Shown piece after piece: positions 50,878 through 60,022 of a DNA stretch of 64,000 nucleotides. The stretch lies in the sequence record SRR2962707_3387; one strand, written 5' to 3'. The position numbers and the translations under genes were made by a program. Below the pieces are notes generated by a model, which saw only the letters and a list, made by a program, of their open reading frames with translations, did no database searches and had not been told where the DNA came from. How positions within the stretch are numbered: the stretch's first letter is position 1; the number at the start of each line of letters is the position of its first letter.

Positions 50878-52164
50878 TCATACACCCTTAAACTTGGACT
50901 TTTTCAGTCCAAATGAAGTCCGGCTTTCATTAAAATTAATTCTTATAGAATACATAATTCTGGCATTAACTTTCAGCACATCAAACCTTTCTTCAGCCAA
51001 TAACCTGCTTCTTTCGCCGAATCTAATTATCGATTCTGGCTTTTCAATTAGATCTTTCATTGATTCAATCATTTCTTCGATTCTGTAAGGTGGCACCAAG
51101 TAACCATTTACACCATTTATTACGGTAGACCTACACCCTGCAGTGTCCGTTGTTATTATTGCCCGCCCCATAGCCAATGCCTCTTGAGTACTTCTTGGGA
51201 CTCCCTCCCGATAGTAACTAGGCAAAACAAATACGCTACTTCTCGCAAGCCAAGGCCTTACATCTTTTACTGGCCCGGGATAGGTAATAATCCCGTCCTC
51301 CACAAGCTGCTCAAGCTGGGGCCGAGTGATTGCCCCACGGTTATTATCTACAGCCCCTACAATGATGAATTCGGTATTGGGGTATAGCGGCTTTATAGCT
51401 TTTGCAGCCTCAATAAAGTATTCGATGCCTTTTTCTTTCAGCAAACGGCCGACAAAGATAAATCGTATTGGATCTGTGCTTGGTGGGGTGTAACAGTAGC
51501 GGTCCAGGTCTACTCCAATACCGTTAATCACAACTGGCTCTGGCTTGCGCACACCAAAGCTGAGCAATGAACGCTTATCGTCTTCGTTAAGGACTATAAT
51601 ATGATTCGCCAAAGGCAAGGACATCCGAAACAGACACTTCATAACCCATGCCACGACCTTTTTCTTCCAACTTTGGCCATTGGGTCCTACGGTAAAAACG
51701 CGGCCTAGCCCCTCAATTTTGGCCACCCTTGTTGGAACCTTAGCGAGGTAGGCGGCAACGGTTCCATAGATGGCGGGCTTGGAAAAATAGCAATAGCTAA
51801 GATCAATTCGGTGGGCTCGAAACAATCGATATAACTGGTAACCGGAAGCTAATTCTGCGAACGGATTAAGGCTGAATTGCCCCATACGGTAAGCCACTGG
51901 CGTCGCACCGATCTCCCTGATCTGTTGCGAACTCTGTTCCGTATAATCCGTTGCAAAGGCGAATACCTCGTGCCCCTGTTTGACAAGGTCTTTGATGAGT
52001 TCGCCCCGGAACCCGAGCATTGTCTCAGCCAGAGTACCAACAATCGCTATGCGTTTTGGTTCCGGCGTAGCCCTGAAGTGTGCAATGCCTATGGCGCTCT
52101 CCTTATTATCCCAACCGCCCGCCTTGCGCTCCGTTTCAACAACCGTCTCCAGCCTTGCACCCAT
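50878..52164 (-). CDS. GT4 glycosyltransferase
   Basis: KP.IYG, GIGVDL, FVGRLLKEKGI, FVLPSYYREGVPRSTQEALAMG; start uncertain. Confidence 0.92.
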   Translation of the reverse strand: MGARLETVVETERKAGGWDNKESAIGIAHFRATPEPKRIAIVGTLAETMLGFRGELIKDLVKQGHEVFAFATDYTEQSSQQIREIGATPVAYRMGQFSLNPFAELASGYQLYRLFRAHRIDLSYCYFSKPAIYGTVAAYLAKVPTRVAKIEGLGRVFTVGPNGQSWKKKVVAWVMKCLFRMSLPLANHIIVLNEDDKRSLLSFGVRKPEPVVINGIGVDLDRYCYTPPSTDPIRFIFVGRLLKEKGIEYFIEAAKAIKPLYPNTEFIIVGAVDNNRGAITRPQLEQLVEDGIITYPGPVKDVRPWLARSSVFVLPSYYREGVPRSTQEALAMGRAIITTDTAGCRSTVINGVNGYLVPPYRIEEMIESMKDLIEKPESIIRFGERSRLLAEERFDVLKVNARIMYSIRINFNESRTSFGLKKSKFKGV

Positions 52165-53171
52165 GATCGTTCCCTCACCTTCTGTCGCTGAATTTCATTC
52201 AACACTTGCTCAGGTGTTATGGGCATACCTGATTCCAGGCTTACGTAGAATGGATACTGAATCAGGACTGCGTGCGCCAATTCTGATAAATGTAGTTCGC
52301 GATTACGCCGGCTGCTTACCTTATCCTCAGTAAGCCCCCAGCCTGCATAAAAGGGTAAACCGTAACAGGTTACCGGTTTGTGTCTGATTAACGCTTCGAA
52401 GCCGGCCAGCGAGGTGAGGGTGTGTACTTCATCAACCTGTTCCAACATTGGTCCAATGGCGGCGTTTATGACAATCTCATTGGCGTAATCAGACGCTGCC
52501 GCTTCGCCTTCTCCAACACGTCTGGCACCGGCCACGACATCCGGGTGGGGCTTATAAACGATCCAAGCGGTTGGATTTTGTTGCCGTACTTGCTGCAGAA
52601 GGCCGAGGTTAGTTCGAATTTCCCCGCAACCATATTCAATTGAGGCGTCCGTCTCTACCTGCCCCGGCACGAGGATAACCTTCTCTTTTCCCACTGGCGC
52701 TCGCCAATCGTCCCCGTTGAGATTATATTTGCTAATGTTCCTGTTTCGGATGTCCTGGAGCAGCCGTTCGGCACGAGCTCTTTCACTATCCGTAAAATGA
52801 TGGGAGGCAAGGAGTGTTTCCAGCCTTGATTCACCTCGTGCACTGAAGTAAAGGTGCTCAAAGTCGGCGACCCAGGACAACGGCTGCTGAAACTCCGCGC
52901 CCAGCCCTACGGATCTAAGAAACCCGTCTTCCAACCGCACCAAAGTGATGTCCTGGCCCTCGCCAGGCATCAGGCGCTGCCCCCAAACAACGGCGACCTG
53001 GCGGTCTGGGACTTTCTCTACCCTATTAACGTGGGTGATACTGGCCCCTTGCAGGAACCGGTGAAGCGCCGGCCGCCAGTGCCAATTAAAACCCACCGCG
53101 TAGACGTGGTTCGGGATATTGTATGCTTGGCAGAAATCGCTCCAGGTAAATGGAGCTTGCTCAGATAGCAT
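52089..53171 (-). CDS. Single-domain KpsC-like capsule biosynthesis protein
   Basis: LEDGFLRSVGLG, ISKYN, GQVETDASI, YKPHPD, TSLAGFEAL, PFYAGWGLTED; TGATG coupling to kpsE. Confidence 0.85.
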   Translation of the reverse strand: MLSEQAPFTWSDFCQAYNIPNHVYAVGFNWHWRPALHRFLQGASITHVNRVEKVPDRQVAVVWGQRLMPGEGQDITLVRLEDGFLRSVGLGAEFQQPLSWVADFEHLYFSARGESRLETLLASHHFTDSERARAERLLQDIRNRNISKYNLNGDDWRAPVGKEKVILVPGQVETDASIEYGCGEIRTNLGLLQQVRQQNPTAWIVYKPHPDVVAGARRVGEGEAAASDYANEIVINAAIGPMLEQVDEVHTLTSLAGFEALIRHKPVTCYGLPFYAGWGLTEDKVSSRRNRELHLSELAHAVLIQYPFYVSLESGMPITPEQVLNEIQRQKVRERSWVQGWRRLLKRSARRAVGIIRRAP

Positions 53172-54256
53172 CAATCTCGGTGGTCCCTGATCACCGCAAT
53201 CACAAGCTGTCCTATCGCGGCGAAAAGAAGGGCAAAAACCGTCACCACCGCTATATTGTATAAGCGTTCCGGTTTCTCTGGATACTGAGCCAGGGTGGGG
53301 TACTCTAAAATTGAGACCTGTTTGAGTTTACGGGCCGCTTCTACTCGAGTGCTTTCTAGGGAGGTCAGTGCGCTTGAGTAAAGATCCAAGGCAAATTTCG
53401 CTTTCAGCTGAAGAGTTTCATATTCCGCAGAAACCCGATTAAGAGCGTTTCCTCCAGTCGTAGCCAGCTTTGCTTTTTCAATTTCAATCTGTTGTGCCAG
53501 GGCGTCCGCCTCGGACTGCATTCGCCTAACGGTAGGCGATTGACTACTTTGATAGGTTTTCTGTGACTTGATTTGTGCCCTCAACACCGCCAACTCGGCT
53601 TCCAAGCGAGAAACCGTTGAGAAAATTGCTTCAACAGTCTGGGTGGGGGCTACCAGTCCTTTTTCATTCTGATAGTGCAGCAAAGCTTCCCTTGCAGAAA
53701 GCAAACGTTCTTCAAGAGTCTGCACTTGTTTATCGATGAAGGCGACCTGCTCCTGTGCCAATCGCTGGCCCATCAAGTTCATGTGTCGCTCCCCCTCGTC
53801 AAGAAGGGCCTGTGTTATTGCTTGGGCAGTTTCTGGATCGTAAGCCTGAACCTCAATCCGTAACACTTTCGAATAATCATCGAACGTGATGGCCACGCGC
53901 TTATTCATATAGTCGTGAAAAGCTTCAATTGGCACATCCGCAGACTCCAACCGGGACCACCGATCAATCTCAGGATTCGAGTAATGTTCTCTTAGATTCA
54001 TACTTCCTTGCAGTTTTTGTAGCATCGAGACCGACTGCAAATGCTCCCTCAGAAGCAATAAATCCCCCGATCCCGATGTTCCTGACAGAATGGAAGATAC
54101 GTTAAGGCCGCTGGGAATAATCTCAGAGCTCTGCAACACGATGTGGGCTCTTGATACATAGCGGTCTGAGGCCAGGAACCCCCAATAGACAACGACAGTA
54201 AGAATAACCAAACCAGCAACAATCCAGGTCGGATTACGCTTCAGAAATCGACTCAT
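53171..54256 (-). CDS. kpsE: Capsule export inner-membrane protein KpsE (PCP-3)
   Basis: ASDRYVS, coiled coil, EAARKLK, P.L...P..P.RL before the C-terminal TM. Confidence 0.9.
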   Translation of the reverse strand: MSRFLKRNPTWIVAGLVILTVVVYWGFLASDRYVSRAHIVLQSSEIIPSGLNVSSILSGTSGSGDLLLLREHLQSVSMLQKLQGSMNLREHYSNPEIDRWSRLESADVPIEAFHDYMNKRVAITFDDYSKVLRIEVQAYDPETAQAITQALLDEGERHMNLMGQRLAQEQVAFIDKQVQTLEERLLSAREALLHYQNEKGLVAPTQTVEAIFSTVSRLEAELAVLRAQIKSQKTYQSSQSPTVRRMQSEADALAQQIEIEKAKLATTGGNALNRVSAEYETLQLKAKFALDLYSSALTSLESTRVEAARKLKQVSILEYPTLAQYPEKPERLYNIAVVTVFALLFAAIGQLVIAVIRDHRD

Positions 54257-54915
54257 TTACCAATGCTCTTGTGATAGCTTTTGATGGCTTCGTGCACGTC
54301 GTCGAACCAGACGGCTTCACCATCATTGATCCATATTCCGGCCTGACACAGGTCTTTCAGAATACCGGTTTGATGAGACACCATGATCAAGCTGGACTTA
54401 CCAACCCGATCATGGAATGCTTTTTTCGCTTTCTCTTTGAACGAAGCGTCACCTACGGCTGTCGCCTCATCTGAGATATAGACGTCAAAGTTGAACGCAA
54501 ACGACAAACCAAATGCCAGACGGCTTTTCATACCAGAGGAATAGGTCTTCACTGGTTGGTCAAATGCCTTTCCAATCTCCGCAAACTCCTGAACCTGTTC
54601 AATGATCTCAGGGATGCGGTGCCCTCCGCCTTGCACTCGTGCTACAAACTTGACGTTCTGGCGGCCCGTCATGGAACCCTGCAAGCCTCCGCCAAGGCCT
54701 ATCGGCCATGATATTCTGCAATTCTTTTCAACTGTCCCCCGGTCAGGAGTATCCATCCCACCGATGATTCTCAGCAGAGTAGATTTGCCTGCTCCGTTTT
54801 TACCAACGAGGCCAACACTTACGTTGCGGGGAATGGTGAAGCTGACGTCCCGAAGCACCCAATCTCCACCGAACGGACCGTGATATCGTTTGTATACATT
54901 CCGAACATCAATCAC
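54253..54915 (-). CDS. kpsT: Capsule ABC transporter ATP-binding protein
   Basis: GKNGAGKSTLL, ISWP.G..GG.QGS.TGR.N, YSSGMKSRL.FGLS, DE.TAVGD. Confidence 0.94.
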   Translation of the reverse strand: MIDVRNVYKRYHGPFGGDWVLRDVSFTIPRNVSVGLVGKNGAGKSTLLRIIGGMDTPDRGTVEKNCRISWPIGLGGGLQGSMTGRQNVKFVARVQGGGHRIPEIIEQVQEFAEIGKAFDQPVKTYSSGMKSRLAFGLSFAFNFDVYISDEATAVGDASFKEKAKKAFHDRVGKSSLIMVSHQTGILKDLCQAGIWINDGEAVWFDDVHEAIKSYHKSIGK

Positions 54916-55706
54916 TTGGCAATCAACCTGGCTTTAAACCGTATGTGCAATAGAAACCCGAGGGTAATACTCGTGGTTGTCCAGCCGAGAAGATAGACGT
55001 AGCTAACACCCTCAACAGCTCGATAGCCCTCAAAATAGGCGAGCCTGATGAGTTCCACTGCGTGAAGCATGGGGTTATACAGCAGGTATTTCTGGAGGTC
55101 GTGGGGAAAGTATTGAACGGGAATCATCACCCCGGAAAGGAAATAGAGGGGAAACATGGCCATTTTGATAAACTTAGATGCCTCCTGCGCGGCGGTTACC
55201 ACAGTAGAAAAGACCAAGGCAACGCCCATTCCGAATGCAAAGACCGTAAACCACACAACCAGTGCTCCCAGCGGCCGACCTGGGGTCATGTCGTAACCCA
55301 GCAACTTCAAGCCCAAAAGCAACATCAATACGACCAGGGAACTCAGGACTCCCTCCAAAGAACAGCGCACCAGAACCGTGTCTATGGGTAGCACCTGTCG
55401 ATAGGCAAACAGGGCCTTATTGGCATTCACCGCTTCCATACCCCGATTGACCTGATTGCGGAAAAGAATGAAGAGTGTGATACCGATAATAAGCCAAGGA
55501 ATAAACTCGGCACCGGGTATCACCCTTACCCGTCCCAGAAGCGTCCGTACCCAAACCAGCAAGGCAACATGAGCAATTGGCTCAGCCAGTAGCCACAGCC
55601 AGGCAATACGATCTGCACTCAGACGGGCTACCGCCTCACGAAGGAATAGCCCCTCCCAGACATTCAGAGTAATACGCAACGGTGTTCGGGTACCGAGTGT
55701 CGTCAC
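54912..55706 (-). CDS. kpsM: Capsule ABC transporter permease
   Basis: LFLRE...R, W...EP, LFAYRQV.PID, PLYFLSG, NP.LHAVEL.R. Confidence 0.93.
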   Translation of the reverse strand: MTTLGTRTPLRITLNVWEGLFLREAVARLSADRIAWLWLLAEPIAHVALLVWVRTLLGRVRVIPGAEFIPWLIIGITLFILFRNQVNRGMEAVNANKALFAYRQVLPIDTVLVRCSLEGVLSSLVVLMLLLGLKLLGYDMTPGRPLGALVVWFTVFAFGMGVALVFSTVVTAAQEASKFIKMAMFPLYFLSGVMIPVQYFPHDLQKYLLYNPMLHAVELIRLAYFEGYRAVEGVSYVYLLGWTTTSITLGFLLHIRFKARLIAK

Positions 55707-57451
55707 TACAGATCCAGCGCCACTTTTGTTGCTACAGCAATCTGATAGAGAATCTGGGTAACCGTAGACGCAATCTGCAGATTCTTGGTCTCTACCTTCG
55801 GTAGGACCAGTATCTGATCCCCCGGCAGGAGCTGCACCTCACCCGCGTCCCTTACCTCACCATTCTGGCGGGCAATCAGAATATGGTCAGGGTTGGCATG
55901 CTGGCTGAAGCCGCCGGCTGCATCAATGTAATCGCGAGCGCTGCGGCCCGGGATATACACCAGGGATTGCGGAATATAGACCTCACCGGACACGAGGATG
56001 GCATCCGTGCGCTGTGGTAGCGTAATGGTGTCGCCATCCTGCAGCCGCACATCTACCAGCTTCCCTTGGTGGGCCACCACCAGGCGTCCATTGGGCTCCA
56101 CCTTGCGGGCTTCTTCCACGAAGCGAGAGATCAATTCCGCCTCCTGTACCCGGATGGCAGATTCTTCTGCAGTGGATGATGAGGCACCAAGGTAGGTGGT
56201 CTCCAGCCGGCGCAGGCTGTCGTTCAGAGCTTCCTTCTGGCGTTCAGCCACGGTTTCCCGGCGCAGCGAGATGCTTTCCCAGGCGGTTTCTTCCGGGTTG
56301 ATGGCAATTTCGTTCAGCAATTCGTGAAGCGATGTGCCTTTGGGTACCACATAGTAAGATTTGCCCAGGTAGGCGCCCTCTAACTGAACCACAAGATTCT
56401 GGGAGCGCTGATCAGCCAGAAACAGGACTTCATCGCCGTTGGCGAGTTCAGCAGATTCAAAACGCTCAAGAGGTAAATATTCGGAATAAGGCGCAGTACC
56501 GCGCTTTCCACGAATCAGGGCGTGGGAAACACCGGGACGCAACGGCGCCAGCTCACTAAGCATGGAGCCTGTAAGAGGGCCTGGGGATAGTTCGAAAAGA
56601 TAGGGTTTGCTGACATCTCCCAATGCGGTGATGGCGGGGCCACGCTTTTCAACCAGCAGGGTGTCGCCTTCCTGCAACTGTGGGTGGTTCAGCGTGCCTT
56701 GAAGTAGAAAATCGTATAGATCGATCCGGGCGATAACTTCGCCATTTCTGCTCAGTTTGATGTCCCGATAGCTACCCAGCTCCTCATCTATACCAGAGGC
56801 CTGATCCAGCAGGTAAAGGATAGAATCACTAGGCACACCCACATACCGGCCCGGTTTGTTGACGTAGCCAGTCACGAATACCGAGACGGGCTGAACGCCC
56901 TGCAGGTTGGTGTAAACATTCACATTGTCCGGATAGACACGGCGCACAGCACTTTTCACAACGGAATCCAGCTGGCTATGGCTGACTCCCTCGACCTGAA
57001 CGGGGCCGACCGCAGGAATGAATATGTTGCCTTGTGCGTCTACCGGGAGCACTCGATCCATCTCGACAGCGCCCCAAAGGCGAAGCGTTACCTGGTCGCC
57101 CGGCAGAACGCGGTAGTCTGGATTGAGCCCGTCTGAACGTAAGCCTCGAAAGCCACCGGCGAACAGCTCCGCACCGAAAGGCTGCAGCTCCTCTTGCTGT
57201 TGTTCCGTCAGTATCGGGCCGTAAGTACCCGTAGACCTCAGGGTTCTAGCCTGGCGTTCCTGGTCTGCGGTATCTGCTTCGGAAGGGCCACTGCCCGCGT
57301 TTTCCGTTGCCGCCTGGATTTGAGGCATCAGGCGCTCACGCTGGCTTGCGGGTATATCACCGATGCTTTGAGCGCTCACACCCACACTCACTATGGAAGT
57401 GACTACAAATAACAACGCCGTCACCACGGAGGCAAAATGACGAGTGATCAT
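55706..57451 (-). CDS. kpsD: Polysaccharide export OPX protein (KpsD-type)
   Basis: Signal peptide, PFG..LF.GGF, NPDYRVLPGD, VD.QGNIFIP.VGP, SLBB repeats. Confidence 0.88.
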   Translation of the reverse strand: MITRHFASVVTALLFVVTSIVSVGVSAQSIGDIPASQRERLMPQIQAATENAGSGPSEADTADQERQARTLRSTGTYGPILTEQQQEELQPFGAELFAGGFRGLRSDGLNPDYRVLPGDQVTLRLWGAVEMDRVLPVDAQGNIFIPAVGPVQVEGVSHSQLDSVVKSAVRRVYPDNVNVYTNLQGVQPVSVFVTGYVNKPGRYVGVPSDSILYLLDQASGIDEELGSYRDIKLSRNGEVIARIDLYDFLLQGTLNHPQLQEGDTLLVEKRGPAITALGDVSKPYLFELSPGPLTGSMLSELAPLRPGVSHALIRGKRGTAPYSEYLPLERFESAELANGDEVLFLADQRSQNLVVQLEGAYLGKSYYVVPKGTSLHELLNEIAINPEETAWESISLRRETVAERQKEALNDSLRRLETTYLGASSSTAEESAIRVQEAELISRFVEEARKVEPNGRLVVAHQGKLVDVRLQDGDTITLPQRTDAILVSGEVYIPQSLVYIPGRSARDYIDAAGGFSQHANPDHILIARQNGEVRDAGEVQLLPGDQILVLPKVETKNLQIASTVTQILYQIAVATKVALDL

Positions 57452-57879
57452 TGCACACCTCCGATTTCCTGGTCTTGAACCGCCTCTTGTTCTGCAGTGT
57501 AAGACCGGGTTACTCCCCAGTTGCCTTCAGGGTACTCGCATACCGTTGCGGGCAGATTCCCTTCCGAGCCTACGATGCTGGTAATAAAGCAGGATTTACC
57601 GGTAGCAGAGAAGTACCGCTCGCCGACCCGTAGCTGTGCATTCTCGCCCCACGGCGAAGCTCCCAGCTTTACGGTCTCTCCGGTTCTGGCGTTATCGATC
57701 TGCTGAGAATGCTGGTCTGAAAGGAAGGTTACAGTGTTTTTGGTGTTTAACCACTGCGGAACTGGAATCGTTTTAGCCGTGTTGATCTGCCCACTGCTCG
57801 CACAACCGGCTAATACAGCAACGAAGGCCATCAGCGGAGCGGTCTTCACTGCGGCTTTCGCTTGGTGATGTCTATTCAT
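57448..57879 (-). CDS. Small outer-membrane lipoprotein (DVU3141-like)
   Basis: Lipobox VLAGC; YFSATG..C...C....G.W; overlaps the kpsD start. Confidence 0.7.
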   Translation of the reverse strand: MNRHHQAKAAVKTAPLMAFVAVLAGCASSGQINTAKTIPVPQWLNTKNTVTFLSDQHSQQIDNARTGETVKLGASPWGENAQLRVGERYFSATGKSCFITSIVGSEGNLPATVCEYPEGNWGVTRSYTAEQEAVQDQEIGGVQ

Positions 57880-57897
57880 TCAATCTTGCCTGAATTA

Positions 57898-59301
57898 TCA
57901 GAATCCATAAGACCACCGCGCAGAGAGAGACCACTGGTCCAACTCTCGCGAGCGTACTGCAATTTTATCTTCCGCGATCTGGCCAGAGAGCCTGACCTTA
58001 CCGTATTCCGTCCCAAACTCCCAAAAGCCGCCGAACAACATGACAGCCTGATCTCTTGAGGAATAGAAGTATGTTACGTCCGAATCTGGCACAGTAACTC
58101 TGGAAGGGGGATTGCCAGTAAAATCAACATAACTGACAGAAGCGCCGATGGTATTGCCATCCGACAGAAAATCGAAATAGCCCAGAGTGAGAATCTGGCT
58201 GTCTGAGTCTATGCTTGCGGCGAGGTTACGGCCCTTGTAGCGGTAGCCCGTGCGATAAACCCGGTGTTCGTACGCTATGTCTTCCATCGGCGAACCAAAC
58301 AGGTTATCAGCTAGCGTGTCTGCTCCCTCCAGATACCAACGCTGCTCCCTGCCCCACAAGCTGGTGGTTGCATCTGCGCCTAATAGCCAGGATTTCCGGG
58401 ACGGAAAGCCGCCCGCCTCGTCTTCGCCCATCATCTGGCCGTAAATCGAGGCGGTTTGCTCGCCTATTTCAAAGCCGTATCTAACGTCCACTGCCCCGAG
58501 CTGATTGCTCGGGTCCTCGGCGGCATCCCTTGGGTTGTCATTACCGGCAAAGGCATCCCAGAACGTAGAGAAAGAGGCAGACCGGCCATCCCCGCCAAAA
58601 ATAAATGTGCGTGTAAGGCCGATATCCAGCCCTTCGATCGGTCTGAATGTTCCGCGAAATCCAACCAGGAGTGGATCGGCCACTTCACGCTCACCTTCAA
58701 GCTGGCTCACGGTGGCGGTGATTTGCCAGGGACCGAGCCAAGATAGCCAGGGCGTCTCAAATGGCGTTTCACGATGGCGGCTTAACCAAACGCCAGGTGC
58801 AGGCCGAGCATTATTCGAAAGAATCAGACTGCTCTGCCAACCTGGTCCCCACCATCTTTCCACGGCGCCTGCCCCCAGGACCCAGTTGCCCGGAAACAGA
58901 GCCAGGTAACTACCATCGAGGCGTGCTGCATCGTCGTCGCTTGGATTGGCAACCAGTTGCGCATTGATTCCTGCAGCCCACCAGTTAGCATCATACTCCG
59001 CCCTGGCTGCAAGCATGCCTTCCTGAGACTCCGCGCTGGCGTAGTCGGTAATAAACTCGTTCTCTGTGCTGCCCGAGATCGCCAAACCAGCAGACAGGCC
59101 GTTATTGCGAGCCATGCCAACAGAGCCTTTCATAACTGGCCAGGTCGTAACGGTATGGTTCAAAGAACCTGAATCCGCTCGTTTCTGGAGTTGATGGCGC
59201 TCATAAGCATCGCCAACGGTTGTCCACGGTGCAGCATCGACTGTGCTAACGCTAAGGCACGCTACCGCCCCACCGACCAGGGCCCAGTGTTTTGAGGTCA
59301 T
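57898..59301 (-). CDS. wzi: Capsule assembly Wzi-family outer-membrane protein
   Basis: Signal peptide; TTWP, LDGSY, RWWGPGWQSSLILSNNARP.P, PFETPWLSWLGPW, GEDEAG; C-terminal Phe. Confidence 0.92.
   Translation of the reverse strand: MTSKHWALVGGAVACLSVSTVDAAPWTTVGDAYERHQLQKRADSGSLNHTVTTWPVMKGSVGMARNNGLSAGLAISGSTENEFITDYASAESQEGMLAARAEYDANWWAAGINAQLVANPSDDDAARLDGSYLALFPGNWVLGAGAVERWWGPGWQSSLILSNNARPAPGVWLSRHRETPFETPWLSWLGPWQITATVSQLEGEREVADPLLVGFRGTFRPIEGLDIGLTRTFIFGGDGRSASFSTFWDAFAGNDNPRDAAEDPSNQLGAVDVRYGFEIGEQTASIYGQMMGEDEAGGFPSRKSWLLGADATTSLWGREQRWYLEGADTLADNLFGSPMEDIAYEHRVYRTGYRYKGRNLAASIDSDSQILTLGYFDFLSDGNTIGASVSYVDFTGNPPSRVTVPDSDVTYFYSSRDQAVMLFGGFWEFGTEYGKVRLSGQIAEDKIAVRSRELDQWSLSARWSYGF
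59259..59269 (-). promoter_or_regulatory. ops element (RfaH loading site)
   Basis: Minus strand GGGGCGGTAGCGTG, exact ops consensus, at the head of the polysaccharide operon with rfaH adjacent. Confidence 0.8.
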
Positions 59302-59405
59302 AGGATTTGATTTTCTGAGGACAAGGATAGAACGGCTACAACGGGAGAGAAGTTCCCAACAGCTTCCTTGTCAGGGAATGAATGAAGTATTTCAAAAGCG
59401 TGACG

Positions 59406-59433
59406 ATTCTACGGCATGGGGTATGACACGCAA
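59406..59433 (-). promoter_or_regulatory. Candidate sigma70-type promoter of the capsule operon
   Basis: TTGCGT-N16-TAGAAT about 105 nt upstream of the wzi ATG. Confidence 0.4.
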
Positions 59434-59539
59434 GTGACAAAAAGTCTGACACTTCAACAATCAGGGCGTTATGGCAGTAAACATTTGTTAAACATTAGAA
59501 AGTGCAGCTAATCAGGTCACATTTTCGCCATCAGGCTTT

Positions 59540-60019
59540 TCAGGATCTGATGACGGAAACAGGCACCTTTACTTGCTGCTGCGTCTGCATAAACGAAATC
59601 AGCACAATCGCCCGCTCTTCACCATCATAGGCCTGGAATATCGCGCTAATGCCTTTAAACGGCCCATCATCCAGCTCTATGGGCTGACCGGGCTTGATGC
59701 CGCCCTGCTCTGCCACCTTATCCATACTACTTTTAATGTGGGCGATCACTTCATCGTCAATCGGTGCTGGCCGGTTGGCAAAGCTGACAATGCGCAGCAC
59801 GCCCCGGGTGGACCGGAGCTTTGCCCACATCGGGTCGGTTTGCTCCAGGTTCACAAATACGTACCCCGGAAACAGGGGCTCCAGTTTTCTGGTGCGTTTA
59901 CCTGCCTTGATCTTCTCCACCTCGATTTTCGGGTAGAAGCAGGCGATATCCTGATTCTGCAGGTGCTGGACCGCCCGGTCGCCCTGGGCCGGCTTGTGTT
60001 GTAGTGCGTACCAGGTCAT
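59540..60019 (-). CDS. rfaH: Transcription antitermination factor RfaH
   Basis: WY...KP....RA..HL..Q, EPLFPGYVF, STRGV, KOW GPFKG, GEER. Confidence 0.94.
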   Translation of the reverse strand: MTWYALQHKPAQGDRAVQHLQNQDIACFYPKIEVEKIKAGKRTRKLEPLFPGYVFVNLEQTDPMWAKLRSTRGVLRIVSFANRPAPIDDEVIAHIKSSMDKVAEQGGIKPGQPIELDDGPFKGISAIFQAYDGEERAIVLISFMQTQQQVKVPVSVIRS

Positions 60020-60022
60020 GGG

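Noticed and set aside
55627-55635. Second ops-like GGCGGTAG within kpsM
   Set aside because: Lacks the downstream TG of the consensus and is explained by Glu-Ala-Val-Ala codons
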